Positions 27,608 to 38,157 of a DNA stretch of 64,000 nucleotides are shown piece by piece; within the stretch, counting starts at the first letter, position 1; each line of letters opens with the position of its first letter. The notes beneath the pieces are model-generated. The model searched no databases. It saw only the letters and a list, made by a program, of their open reading frames with translations, and had not been told where the DNA came from. This DNA is from Anaerotignum sp. (lineage in GTDB: Bacteria; Bacillota; Clostridia; Lachnospirales; Anaerotignaceae), in the NCBI GenBank assembly GCA_017442465.1, contig JAFRZQ010000175.1, positions 4,330 through 68,329 on the forward strand, given 5' to 3'. The position numbers and the translations under genes were made by a program.

Positions 27608-30600
27608 TTATCTACCATTTGTTTTTCCTCTTTTGTTCAGGGTCAAAATGCCTGCCAATGCCGCAAGAGCTGTCGCACCGTAACCAGCTGCATGACTCTC
27701 GTCCCCGGTCTGAGGGATACCAGACAGGAGCATATCCTCGTCATCCAATAATGTATCGCCGTCAGTCAGTTCTGTTTCCGCACCGAGTACGATACCGGGT
27801 TCTTCTGGTTCGGTCGGCGCACCTGTTTCTTCCGATTTATCGATAGGCTTAGGTGTTTCAGTCACAGGAGGGGTTTCTTCTTCAGTCACAGGCGTTTTGA
27901 TCGTACCGTTATTGCTCGGATAAGACCATGTTTCCTTATAGTCCCCGTTCCATGTATTTTCCGTTGTTGTGACCTCAGTCGTCGTTACCTCTACAAACGC
28001 AGATACCACTTTTTCTGTTTCATGGAAAGTTCTCTCCGTTGTGGTGCGTTCGGTCCTTTTTTCCGTATGTCTTTTCCTGCTGCCGCTTAGATCGATCTCT
28101 GGCTCATTCACTGTAAACTGCATATTCACATCCAGATTTACATTTCTCTTGCCCTCCGCCACAGAAATAAAAGTCTGGGACGGTTTATCATCGATCTTTT
28201 CAGAGGTATAAAGATAAACGCCCTGATCCAGATGCTGGGTACCAGAGATCTTCAGATTGATCGTCACACCCTCCTGCAGCACAACGCCCGTCACTTCATA
28301 CTCGCCGCCGCCTTTATGCGCATTATCCAATGTTTCTGTCCTGATCAGCTTATTCTGGTTATCCATGATATACACGCTTAAGGCGTCATCTGGATGATCC
28401 CCGGGCACGATCGCCAGTTTAAAGCCGATGTTCGTTTCATAAACATCGTTCGTGTTATCCTCATCAGCATTGACATCCTCACTAAACCTGTCTGTTACAT
28501 CGGTATACTGCAGGTCTGTCACATCCTCCACTTTATTGATCACTGTAATACTGGAACCAAAGAAATCCGTTTCATCCAGGATATTTGTCCCTGCCTCCGC
28601 TGCATCCTTCTCGATACCGGGCAGGTCTGTCAGTACATCGAATAATGTCTGGATGATCTTTTCATCAGCTTCACTGACCGTTTTATTGCTGACATATTTA
28701 TCAACGATATCCTCTGTATTTACACTACGGTTCGAATCACAGTTGCCGTATACCCAAAGCGCCGCTTGTGTCGCTGCCAGCGCCATGCCCTCTGTCAGTC
28801 CTGCCGCTTCCGTTTCATAACCCTTGGAGATCAACAGGTTCTTGACCGCCTGCAGGCTGCCTGTCTGGATCACAGGTACAGGGTTCCCGTCGTTATCCAG
28901 AACCGTATTACCATCAGTATCTTTTTGATATACGATATTGCCCTCGGCATCCTTTTCATATGTAGCAGTTCCCCAGAACCCATTTAACGCGATCGCACGG
29001 AGTTTATCCGTAGCATCAGTGTTTACGATGCCATTGGTCGTTGTATTCTGGTAATAATCCTGATCCTCCAGATTCTCGATCTCATAGAAATAGCCGCGGT
29101 TCGCATCAGTCGCCAGATCCACACAATAGCCATAGAACTTCGTACCGTCTTTATCCGCCAGTTCATAAATAAAGTTCGTGATATGCCCTTCATCTGTGCC
29201 TATATATCGTGCGATCCTGAAATCGCTCTTTAATACATGCCGCAGATATTGAATCTGGTCATCATCCGGTTTTGGATCATCCGCCGTCCCCGGTTTCCCG
29301 TCAGGCCCCAGATTATACTTGATATACTCCGTACCAATAGACGCCAGATCCTGAGCAGTATCCCCGTTCAGGTCCACTTTAGACTGCAGACTTTGGATAT
29401 CCGTACCGCCGGTTTCAGACGTGATCCCCCACAGCTGCGCCCAAACCTCACGGTCAAGCTTTGCCACATCGACCACCGCCGTAGATGTTGTTATATTTTT
29501 CACAATTTCTTTAGTCGTCACAATGGTCTGCTTGGTGTCCGTATCAATGGTCGTTGTCTTCAGTACTTCTTTTGTGGATGTCGTAACGGTAATGTTACGC
29601 TTGCCGTTATATACCTTTTCACCGCCGCCGATCACTACACCGTCTGCGTTTGTCAGTACGACCATATCTTTATAGCCCACTACCTGTTCCTTCCCGTCGA
29701 TCAACTCACGGATATATGCAACGGTCGTTGTCTGGGTATGTCCCGTTTCTTCATCAGTCACTACTGTCACAGCACCTTCTTCCGGCATATCCTCAGGCAG
29801 TTTGATCTCTGTGCGGGTAGTGACCACAGGTTCCCCGCCCGTTGCTTCATCCACCGCAATATCGCTGTATGTATAGCCGAATTCCTGACCAGTCTGCAGG
29901 GTAATATCGCTTTCTGTCACGCCTGTGATCGGTGTGATCACTTCGGATTTCTCCGTTGTATAGCCGATAATGACCACAGTATCGCCGATCTTTTCTGTTT
30001 TCGGGATCAATTTCACCGTTGTAACAACAGTGTTCCCGTTTTCTACGCGGGAAGCGCTATATTCCACTGTGCCATCGACCGCTGCGGTATCGCCGGTCTT
30101 ATCGATGACTGCATCATTGCCATATTCCGCATGAAACGCATCCTGTATATCCGCGTCCAGCCCTTGCTTCAGCTGGACCAATGCATCCTCATAAACACTG
30201 GCGGTACCCGTATTTTCAACACTGTCCATAAGAATCGGGTCGCCGGTCTCAGGGTCGATACTTTCTCTATCCAGTCCCACAGTCACAGCATCGGCATCGG
30301 GAGTCGTTAAGTCCGATGTATCCACTGGCAGCTGCTCCTCCATCAGAGGGTTACCGGATGCGTCTAATACGGGATCACCGTTCTCGTCTAGTATAGGAAC
30401 ACGCTGATATTCGCCGTCATCTACAATAGGCTGAGTGCCAGGAGGTGTTGTTTCCGTTTTCTGTTCATCGTTCCCGGGGTCATCGGGGCGGGGTTCTTCT
30501 TTCTGTTCCACCTGTACGGTTTCTTCTGTTATTGTTTCAGACCCGGATACAGCACCGGAGTTCTCTATAGGCCTGCCTTTACTATCTGTCACAGTTGTAT

Positions 30601-31060
30601 GGCTTTCGGTCTGTTCCTGTGTCGTGCCGGATGCCTCTGTTGTTGTGGTCCCAGGTGTGAATCCGTCTACAAACGAGTCCCTGTCAGCTGTATCCTGATC
30701 GGACGGTTCATTCGCCATAGACCCCGTCTGCCGCTGCTGCTCAACCTCTGTATGCTGCGTTGTATTCTGCGCCGCATCGGTCTCAGTGTAAGACGTTGTT
30801 TTCTTAGTTTCTTTCTCTTTCACTGTATCGTCCGCATTTTTCGTGATCGATACCTCCAGTTCCACAGTAGGCGACGCTGGTGTTCCATCGCCGGTGATCG
30901 TGGTCGATTTCTCCGTTGTACCTTCCGTCGTTGTTTCCGTTGTTGTGCTGTCATTGTCCGCAACAACATCCGCGAAAGCAGGTATGGGCATAGCCCCTGC
31001 AGCGACACTGGCTGCCAGCGCCATAGCGAGCATTTTTTGTGTCTGCTTTTCTTTTGCCAT
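27608..31060 (-). CDS. Thioester-domain adhesin with cell-wall sorting signal
   Basis: Signal peptide; YGYCVDL; ATQAALW; IPQTG followed by hydrophobic helix and basic tail. Confidence 0.85.
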   Translation of the reverse strand: MAKEKQTQKMLAMALAASVAAGAMPIPAFADVVADNDSTTTETTTEGTTEKSTTITGDGTPASPTVELEVSITKNADDTVKEKETKKTTSYTETDAAQNTTQHTEVEQQRQTGSMANEPSDQDTADRDSFVDGFTPGTTTTEASGTTQEQTESHTTVTDSKGRPIENSGAVSGSETITEETVQVEQKEEPRPDDPGNDEQKTETTPPGTQPIVDDGEYQRVPILDENGDPVLDASGNPLMEEQLPVDTSDLTTPDADAVTVGLDRESIDPETGDPILMDSVENTGTASVYEDALVQLKQGLDADIQDAFHAEYGNDAVIDKTGDTAAVDGTVEYSASRVENGNTVVTTVKLIPKTEKIGDTVVIIGYTTEKSEVITPITGVTESDITLQTGQEFGYTYSDIAVDEATGGEPVVTTRTEIKLPEDMPEEGAVTVVTDEETGHTQTTTVAYIRELIDGKEQVVGYKDMVVLTNADGVVIGGGEKVYNGKRNITVTTSTKEVLKTTTIDTDTKQTIVTTKEIVKNITTSTAVVDVAKLDREVWAQLWGITSETGGTDIQSLQSKVDLNGDTAQDLASIGTEYIKYNLGPDGKPGTADDPKPDDDQIQYLRHVLKSDFRIARYIGTDEGHITNFIYELADKDGTKFYGYCVDLATDANRGYFYEIENLEDQDYYQNTTTNGIVNTDATDKLRAIALNGFWGTATYEKDAEGNIVYQKDTDGNTVLDNDGNPVPVIQTGSLQAVKNLLISKGYETEAAGLTEGMALAATQAALWVYGNCDSNRSVNTEDIVDKYVSNKTVSEADEKIIQTLFDVLTDLPGIEKDAAEAGTNILDETDFFGSSITVINKVEDVTDLQYTDVTDRFSEDVNADEDNTNDVYETNIGFKLAIVPGDHPDDALSVYIMDNQNKLIRTETLDNAHKGGGEYEVTGVVLQEGVTINLKISGTQHLDQGVYLYTSEKIDDKPSQTFISVAEGKRNVNLDVNMQFTVNEPEIDLSGSRKRHTEKRTERTTTERTFHETEKVVSAFVEVTTTEVTTTENTWNGDYKETWSYPSNNGTIKTPVTEEETPPVTETPKPIDKSEETGAPTEPEEPGIVLGAETELTDGDTLLDDEDMLLSGIPQTGDESHAAGYGATALAALAGILTLNKRGKTNGR

Positions 31061-31208
31061 AGTAATACCTCCTTTTTTAGGGTATTTCATTATTCCCAAT
31101 CTCTCCGTCCTCCTTCCCTCGGAGAATGATAGATAAAAAGAAAATCGCCCCATAACAGATCATCCGTCAGGGGCGAGTACCATTAGATATTTTATTTATC
31201 GTGTATGT

Positions 31209-31550
31209 TTACCAACTGCCATTGTTCCCTTCTTCTGCAGGCGTGGTTTCTTCCTGCAGGGGTTCTTCCTGTTCATCAGCTGGTGTTTCTTCTGTCTGCT
31301 TTCTTTTTTTCTTAGATACCGTAGGTGCGCCTAATTTCGCCTCCAGGTATCTCTTCAGGGGTTCGGCTACCACACGGGGGTTATTATACATCCTGGTAAA
31401 TAACTCCATCACAGCCTTCTGCGCCTTATCCCGCATCATTTCTTCGCCCACCAGCGGATTATTGACCAGAGCCTCATGATATACATATGGAATATCGATC
31501 TCTACTCTAAATTTCCTGCTTTCTGCAGGTGTTTTCTTGTTCTGTTCCAT
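31209..31550 (-). CDS. Hypothetical protein
   Basis: AAGGAG RBS; acidic tail; in operon. Confidence 0.65.
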   Translation of the reverse strand: MEQNKKTPAESRKFRVEIDIPYVYHEALVNNPLVGEEMMRDKAQKAVMELFTRMYNNPRVVAEPLKRYLEAKLGAPTVSKKKRKQTEETPADEQEEPLQEETTPAEEGNNGSW

Positions 31551-31568
31551 TTATTATTTACTCCTTTC

Positions 31569-32960
31569 TTATCTCTTCAGTGCACCAATGACCAATGTTT
31601 TATTCTCGAAAAACCGCATGCCGACAATCTTCAGTTTTACGCTGTCCATCGGCATAGGCAGCTGCTTCCACTCAGGCAGATAACACAATACCTCAACACC
31701 AACATCTGCCTTAACGATCAGGAAAGAGGTGGTTCCATCTTCCTTCGGCGGCAGATAACGGATCACAGTGCCGGAATAAAAGCCGCCGATCTCCATTTTA
31801 TCCACGATCCGGAGGATATCATTTTTAATCGGTTCATAGAACGAGATACGAAGATTCGTTACAGCGTCATCTTCCTCATTCTCTCTGCCGACCGTTACCA
31901 GCAGTGCTTCTATATACTGGTTCGGTTCAAAGATATATTTCGCCAGGGTACCGGGCGTAATACGCGCTGTACCTGTGATGTATGGGATCGTGGAGTATAA
32001 GTACAGGTCATGGCCTGCAGCGGTCAATGCGATCCTATTATTAAACGCAGCCAATACCTTGCAATTGATGATATCGCCCTCGCGCAGTCGTTCCGGGTCA
32101 TTCAGATCAAAGTATGCATCAGATAACCTTTTGTTCGCCATAAGCCGGTTCCCGATAATCAGATATTCCGTATTCCCGATTTTATCCTGATAGGTATCGA
32201 CCACTTCAAGGCAGAACTGGATCTCTGCACGCAGCATCTGCCTTGCCCAGCGCCTTCTCAGATGGATCACATAATCCTTGCTCTTCTTTTTCCCGTTCCA
32301 AATCAAGATTTTCGACATCTTTTCACCGATGATCGTTACGATAGCGCCTTTGCAGAATTCATCCGTGATCTCTACTTCAAAAAAAACATCCATCATACCA
32401 TCCACCGTTCGTTTCATAGCCGCACCGACCACGATACCGTTTATAATAGCTTCGCTTTCCTTCGCCATTACCAATGTCTGGAACTGGACCTCTTCTTTTT
32501 TTACAAAGGGTGTGCCGCCGTAATCGACCTTACGCCGTCTGCCGCTGACATAGTTATCATCCAGTGTCGGGAAATCAGGCTCTTCCTTTTCAGGCTCCTG
32601 TTCTTCGGCTTCTTTTGGCGCTTCCTCTTTCTGCTCTTTCTTTTTCCTGCCCCGCTTTTTAGGTTCTGCCTCTTGCGCCGCGGTCTTTTGCTGTTCTGTT
32701 TCTTGCTGCTCTGATTCTTGCTTTCCGGATCCCTTCTTCCTGCCTCTGCGATGGCGGAAAGCGGGTTTCCCCTTTTTATCCAAATATACCTCTACGCCGT
32801 CAGGGAGTTCTTCATCATCACTGTCAAGATCAATGCTTTGATCCGGCTCCGGCATTTCATAAATCATTTTGTCTAATTTTTTCGCCGGTATTTTTTCTAT
32901 CTGTGATTGGAATCTTCTCTCTTCCTCGCTTAGAGGTTCTTTTGGTTTTCTGCCAAACAT
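31569..32960 (-). CDS. Tandem S1/OB-fold domain protein with charged N-terminus
   Basis: LREGDIINCKV...FEPNQYIEALLV; MEIGGFYSGTV...DSVKLKIV. Confidence 0.6.
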   Translation of the reverse strand: MFGRKPKEPLSEEERRFQSQIEKIPAKKLDKMIYEMPEPDQSIDLDSDDEELPDGVEVYLDKKGKPAFRHRRGRKKGSGKQESEQQETEQQKTAAQEAEPKKRGRKKKEQKEEAPKEAEEQEPEKEEPDFPTLDDNYVSGRRRKVDYGGTPFVKKEEVQFQTLVMAKESEAIINGIVVGAAMKRTVDGMMDVFFEVEITDEFCKGAIVTIIGEKMSKILIWNGKKKSKDYVIHLRRRWARQMLRAEIQFCLEVVDTYQDKIGNTEYLIIGNRLMANKRLSDAYFDLNDPERLREGDIINCKVLAAFNNRIALTAAGHDLYLYSTIPYITGTARITPGTLAKYIFEPNQYIEALLVTVGRENEEDDAVTNLRISFYEPIKNDILRIVDKMEIGGFYSGTVIRYLPPKEDGTTSFLIVKADVGVEVLCYLPEWKQLPMPMDSVKLKIVGMRFFENKTLVIGALKR

Positions 32961-33052
32961 GAGATCCCTCCTTCAAAAAATGTATTTTCTTTTTAATGAA
33001 AAAAAGGACACTGATCCTACTGGATAGTGTCCTGATATACCCGCCAGACGTC

Positions 33053-35746
33053 TTATAGATCTTTGGGGTCTACGGGTGTTGTATCGCTTAATTTCATTTT
33101 CAGCCGTTGTTTCGGCTTAACCGGATGTTTCCGTGTTATAGACTCATCCGATATATCATCGGTTACTGGTGCATGATCTGCCTCTTTGACAGATGCAGCT
33201 GATTTCTCCGGCAAATCCCCCTGGATCAGTGCCATAAATTCCTCCGGTTTATCCTTCCAGTTCTCTTTCTGTCTCAGCAATTCCTTCGCCAGTTCCACCG
33301 CTTCTTCCTCACGGTACTGGGTACGCAGCTGTTTGTCTACGGTATCGGCGTCGATATCTTCCTGGCTGGGTTCCCTCGGCGGCGCGGGGTTATGCTGCAC
33401 CGGTTCCAATGGTTCTGCCAGCAGTGCATCCAGATCGATCGTTTCCTCGCCGGGCAGCGGGTGACCGGAGATCTTCGGGTATTTATCTATCGTTTCCTGG
33501 ATCCATACATGGTCGGGACGATGGAAATACATATATTTATCGACCTGCATCGGTTTCTGGCCACGGATCAATGCGATCAATCGCTCCTGTTTCAGTTCGC
33601 GGATCTCGTTAATAAACATCAAACTGCGTGGGCTATGCTGTTTCGTCAGCCCAATATCGAAGTCTTTGATCGGCGAGAGGATATTTTTCTTCTCCCGTTT
33701 GACGATAGTACTCGTTGTCATCTGGCCCATCAGTTTAGATACGAACTCAGGTGTTTTATCCTCGTTACCGCAGCCAAGGAACAGCATCAGATCACAGTCA
33801 CCGAACATTTCCAGGCATCGGTTCTCGTCATACCGCTGCAGTAACTGCGGCAGATTCTGGATCGCCATATTGATATGAATATCGCGGGAACGGAGCGTAG
33901 AAAGTTTTTGGGTATAGTCTGGCAGCACCCCGATATTAGCGAACTCATCCAGATAAAAATGGTTGCGCACATGCAACCGTTTGCTCGTGTTCGCATCGGC
34001 CTGCGCCTGCAGCGTGGCAAAGGCAATCGTGATAAACAGCGATGAGATATAGGCTAATGAGGTCTCCTGATCGGAAATGATACAGAAGTACGCGCATTTT
34101 TCGCGCCCGGGCTTCTCAAGGTCGATCTCGTTCTCGGATGTCATCCGCTGGATATAGTATTGCTTGAACGCTGATAGCCTTGTATCCAGACCGCCCTTTG
34201 CAGATGTACAGACGTTATCGCTCCATTCGGTGAATGCACTCCAATAGCTATATGCAAGGCTATGGTTCGGGTTACAGAGCAAGAACACCTGATACAGGGA
34301 ATGGTACGTTGTCTTCTCCACTGGCACTTTAAATACCAATTCATAGACAAGACGTTCCAGTTTAAAATGTGGTGTTTGTTCATTAAACGCTCTCAGCTTC
34401 GCTTGTTCTTCTTTTGTCAGGAATATCTTTAACTGCAAAAGCTTTACGCAGGTACCAAGGTTCAGGATACGTTTCTTCGCCTCTCTGATCGTCAAAGGTT
34501 CATAGTCCTCAGGAGGATCGTTTACATCCAGGATCCGCAGGAGCATTTCATCATTGCGGTATGCCTGGATCTTATAGTACATATTGTTCAGGCGTTTTTT
34601 CTCTTTCGGTGAAGTGCATTCGGAGATCCGTTCTTTCAACTGCATCAAGCGGTCGCTCAGGTATTGATATTTCTGCCTGATGACATCTTCGATTGCTGCG
34701 TTATACATTTTTTCTTCTTCCGCCGTGTCGCAAGCATCGCGCCGGGCGCGGAATGTTTTCAATTCGAATTCGTACCGGTCCAGTTTCGCATCTTTTATCC
34801 TTGCTTTCGGTGTTGCGATCTCCAGCAGCAGTGTCATAAGAGCTTGCAGCAGTTTCTCCGCTGTACTCGCCCAGAATTCATTGGAGTTTTCGCTGGAAGT
34901 GTTCTTGATGATCATAGAGCTGATGGTCGTTACCCATTTCTCGCGTTCTGCGCCGAGAGTAGACAGCCATTCCATGAAGTTCCATTTATCAGAGTGCCAT
35001 GGATAGATCAGGTTGAATACTTTTACATCGTAGCCGTACTCCTTGAAGATCGGGTATGTCTTATCGCAGAGCTCGCCCTTAGGGTCGGTTACAAAGACGC
35101 TCTCACCTCTTTTGGCGGACTCGATGAGGTTTGGGATCATGATAGATGCGGATTTACCTGTACCGGGGGCACCGAGGATAACTGTGTTACGGTTAGACAG
35201 ATTATACCGGCGCATGATATCTTCGTCCCTGGTCACTATATCACCGATATAGCCCATGTTCTGGGCGGTATTTGGTACTTTTCCGATCACGAAGCCGTTG
35301 ATGCTATCGATATCGTTCTCCGGATGAAGGCCATAGACCTCTTTAATCTCATCGCCTTCCAGAAACGATGCGGTGCCATGGGTACCGGCAGCGGATTTAG
35401 TCAGGTTACGTTCTTCGTCGAATGCGTCCTGGTTCATAGCGTTATATTTACAGACGGCGTATACTGCGATTACCACAATTACGAACAGGATAGCTGTCAT
35501 AAGAAGTCCTGCAAATGAAAACAGCCCGCACAAAACCCAATAGATCGGGGAGAATGGTGCGGGGCCGAATAATGAAACGCACATCCCGCTGCACAACAGG
35601 CAGCAGATAAGGATGAACAATAATTTAGGTCTGGTCAGCTCTGTTGTTTTCTGCAGGTGCTTTTCCAAGTCCAATAGACGATGGAAAAATTTAGAGCCAT
35701 ATTGGTTAAATATGGCTCTAGGTTTATTCGTATTCTGTTTTTTCAT
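33053..35746 (-). CDS. virD4: Type IV coupling protein VirD4/TraG
   Basis: Two N-terminal TMs; GAPGTGKS, VTDPKGEL, LDEFANIG, QNLPQL. Confidence 0.93.
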   Translation of the reverse strand: MKKQNTNKPRAIFNQYGSKFFHRLLDLEKHLQKTTELTRPKLLFILICCLLCSGMCVSLFGPAPFSPIYWVLCGLFSFAGLLMTAILFVIVVIAVYAVCKYNAMNQDAFDEERNLTKSAAGTHGTASFLEGDEIKEVYGLHPENDIDSINGFVIGKVPNTAQNMGYIGDIVTRDEDIMRRYNLSNRNTVILGAPGTGKSASIMIPNLIESAKRGESVFVTDPKGELCDKTYPIFKEYGYDVKVFNLIYPWHSDKWNFMEWLSTLGAEREKWVTTISSMIIKNTSSENSNEFWASTAEKLLQALMTLLLEIATPKARIKDAKLDRYEFELKTFRARRDACDTAEEEKMYNAAIEDVIRQKYQYLSDRLMQLKERISECTSPKEKKRLNNMYYKIQAYRNDEMLLRILDVNDPPEDYEPLTIREAKKRILNLGTCVKLLQLKIFLTKEEQAKLRAFNEQTPHFKLERLVYELVFKVPVEKTTYHSLYQVFLLCNPNHSLAYSYWSAFTEWSDNVCTSAKGGLDTRLSAFKQYYIQRMTSENEIDLEKPGREKCAYFCIISDQETSLAYISSLFITIAFATLQAQADANTSKRLHVRNHFYLDEFANIGVLPDYTQKLSTLRSRDIHINMAIQNLPQLLQRYDENRCLEMFGDCDLMLFLGCGNEDKTPEFVSKLMGQMTTSTIVKREKKNILSPIKDFDIGLTKQHSPRSLMFINEIRELKQERLIALIRGQKPMQVDKYMYFHRPDHVWIQETIDKYPKISGHPLPGEETIDLDALLAEPLEPVQHNPAPPREPSQEDIDADTVDKQLRTQYREEEAVELAKELLRQKENWKDKPEEFMALIQGDLPEKSAASVKEADHAPVTDDISDESITRKHPVKPKQRLKMKLSDTTPVDPKDL

Positions 35747-36816
35747 CAGGGTCTATATACCTCCTTAACCTCCGCGATGGAGTAGCTATTATAAATTACT
35801 CTATCTGGCCAGGGGTCGAAAGCAGTACGATGGAAACTTTCCTGGAAGTTAAAACCGATGATATTTAATTTATCCAGCATCCCATTTTCGAGCATACGGC
35901 GGATGCGTTTGATTTTAATAATGTCACCACTGAACAATACGGTGCATTTCAATTCGCCGATCGTACCGTCTACTACATCTGTGGGATCATCTACACGTTG
36001 TTGTTCTTCGAATACTGATTCTAAGAAAAGTTCTTCGTTCTCTTTATAGGAACGGAACAATCTCAAATGTGCGATACCCTCTCTATCTGTATTGATCAGA
36101 AATACTTTTTTATAACAAGAGGACAGTTCCAAAGTTTCGCGTAATGCTTTACCGAAGTTGCGTTTATCTTCTTCGGGCTGATAGAGTAATCTATTCGCTT
36201 CATTTTCATAGCTATCGATAAAGAAGATCGCTTTCGTGATCGGCTGATGGAAGATCTGGATCGACAGATAATCCCTCACCTGGCTTTCTGCGTTATCGAC
36301 CCAATACATGGAGGCACCGAGTTTGAATACGGGGATGTATTCGCCATAGTGATAGTACACACCGCCGAATCTGGAGGTACAGAGTACTTTATCGCTCTTA
36401 GGGTACTGTGCGATGATTTCTTCTTTTGTAATGAGACGAGTTACTTTCAGGACTTCTTCTTTATCGCCCTGTGGGATACTTTTATCAAACATCATAGAGA
36501 TCACAGCGAGACTCCCCTGACGGGTCAGTTTTCTCGGTGTTGTTGCAGCTGTATATTTTTTGACGTCTAATATATCCTGACCTAATCTGCTTAGGCTAAT
36601 GATATAATCGTCTTCCGCGCCTTTCTTGCGTAAGATATATCCTTCACTCGCCAGTCGTAAGATAATGCGATAGATCGTATATGGTTTCTTATCTGGGATC
36701 AGGTCTGCTATTTTACTTTCAGGATAGCTGCCATATTCTTTCAAGATATAAAGAATATCATTGCTTACTGTTCCTGACTTTAAGCTAAGTGGTTTCTTTT
36801 TGTTATCGTTTGCCAT
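35746..36816 (-). CDS. Winged-helix protein coupled to virD4; candidate relaxase or relaxosome protein
   Basis: N-terminal wHTH (YTIYRIILRLASEGYI...ISLSRLG); TGATG overlap with virD4; adjacent to candidate oriT. Confidence 0.5.
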   Translation of the reverse strand: MANDNKKKPLSLKSGTVSNDILYILKEYGSYPESKIADLIPDKKPYTIYRIILRLASEGYILRKKGAEDDYIISLSRLGQDILDVKKYTAATTPRKLTRQGSLAVISMMFDKSIPQGDKEEVLKVTRLITKEEIIAQYPKSDKVLCTSRFGGVYYHYGEYIPVFKLGASMYWVDNAESQVRDYLSIQIFHQPITKAIFFIDSYENEANRLLYQPEEDKRNFGKALRETLELSSCYKKVFLINTDREGIAHLRLFRSYKENEELFLESVFEEQQRVDDPTDVVDGTIGELKCTVLFSGDIIKIKRIRRMLENGMLDKLNIIGFNFQESFHRTAFDPWPDRVIYNSYSIAEVKEVYRP

Positions 36817-37024
36817 ATCATCAAAACCTCTCTGTTTCAAGATTAGTTTCTTAGACACAGGCACACTCTTCAGATATGGATTCCAATTAAATTCCCACTC
36901 GTTCTTTTTCATTTCGACCACCGTCCAACTTTTTATGTTCATATACGATTCAAATGTGACTATTCTTTTTTGTTACTAGCCATAAAGCAAGTGGAAATTT
37001 TTTTGTTTCCGAAATCATTATTTT

Positions 37025-37381
37025 GCCACGAAGTGGCTACGCATGAACTGCGAACAGTTCATACGTTTTAAAAAGAGCTTTTTAAGGGGTCAAAACCCCC
37101 CTTTTCTCTAGCCGGATTTTCCGAGAAGTTTGTTTTTTTCCAAAAAAGTTGATTTTTCAGGAAAAATTCCCTAACAAAAAATGAAAAAACAGTGAAAAAA
37201 TGGGGTTACCCAAAATTTCATTCGAAAAATGGCTTTTGACTGTATTTTTTTTGCAGCCATAACCTCTTTATCTCTGTTATTTTTTTGCAAGGATAAGACC
37301 CTTATCCCTGCAAAATTTTTTACATCCAAAGGCCCATATCCCTGTATAAAAATTTACAGAGATAGAACCTTTATCGATGCA
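37025..37381. other. Candidate oriT: two hairpins plus four 34-35-bp phased palindromes
   Basis: GCCAC-gaa-GTGGC; CGCATGAACTG-cgaa-CAGTTCATACG; degenerate TGCAGGGATA-N7-TATCCCTGCA units at 37252, 37286, 37321, 37355. Confidence 0.5.
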
Positions 37382-37467
37382 ATTTCCATTTATTAATCCG
37401 TCTGTCCGGAACTCTTTTTTTGTAATGATTTTTCAATGCTTTTCGAACTAAACTGTAACAAATACAG

Positions 37468-38139
37468 TCATAATTCAGTCGCTTCTTGTGCGCCTGATGT
37501 GCTAAGTAACCACAATAAAAAGTCACTTTGTTTCATTAAGGAAATCTCGGTTTCATTCCGTTCTGATTTACTCCCTATCCGATAAATTGACATATCAATA
37601 CTATCATCTATTATCAAATAGGACTTAAATGCATTTACAATCGCCGCTATTTCCACGCTATCATTATCCCTTATTTTCGTGGGAGAGGAATACAACGTAT
37701 TGACCACCAAAACACAGTTTTCATTGTATTCAGGCATTGGCTGAGTCTGAAATAATTCCTCTAATTCCCGTCTAACTGCCAAGGATATATACTCCTTCGA
37801 CCTTGCGGAAAGACTTTTTATAAGGGGGAAAATTGACAATGTTATAATTTCATTCTCTAATTTAACAGTAACACTTTTCTCATGCCGACACAACTGTTTG
37901 AACATTAAATTTTTATCATTTTTATCTCCTCTTTCGTCGATCATTCCTGTATAAACAGGTATCTCATTCATATAGCCGGCGATAGTCTTTCTACATGACA
38001 TTGACATAGATTCCATCTCTTCTATCAGATCAATTAAAGCGGGCAAATGATGCAAGCAAACCTGGTAATCTGTCAAACTACCGTCAAGCAATCCCAACCG
38101 TTTCTGCACCTGTTTTGCCCTCTCCGTAAGATGAAACAT
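37468..38139 (-). CDS. Hypothetical protein in the transfer operon
   Basis: GAGGAGG RBS; 223-aa ORF. Confidence 0.7.
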   Translation of the reverse strand: MFHLTERAKQVQKRLGLLDGSLTDYQVCLHHLPALIDLIEEMESMSMSCRKTIAGYMNEIPVYTGMIDERGDKNDKNLMFKQLCRHEKSVTVKLENEIITLSIFPLIKSLSARSKEYISLAVRRELEELFQTQPMPEYNENCVLVVNTLYSSPTKIRDNDSVEIAAIVNAFKSYLIIDDSIDMSIYRIGSKSERNETEISLMKQSDFLLWLLSTSGAQEATEL

Positions 38140-38157
38140 CTAAACATAACCTCCTCT

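Noticed and set aside
29237-30310. 357-aa plus-strand ORF (likewise 24613-25350, 34664-35518, 44735-45913)
   Set aside because: Fully antisense to well-supported genes; no recognisable motifs.
34230-34830. Intein in VirD4
   Set aside because: No splice-junction or LAGLIDADG motifs.
37252-37381. 34-35-bp periodic repeats as a CRISPR array
   Set aside because: No unique spacers, degenerate units, no cas genes.
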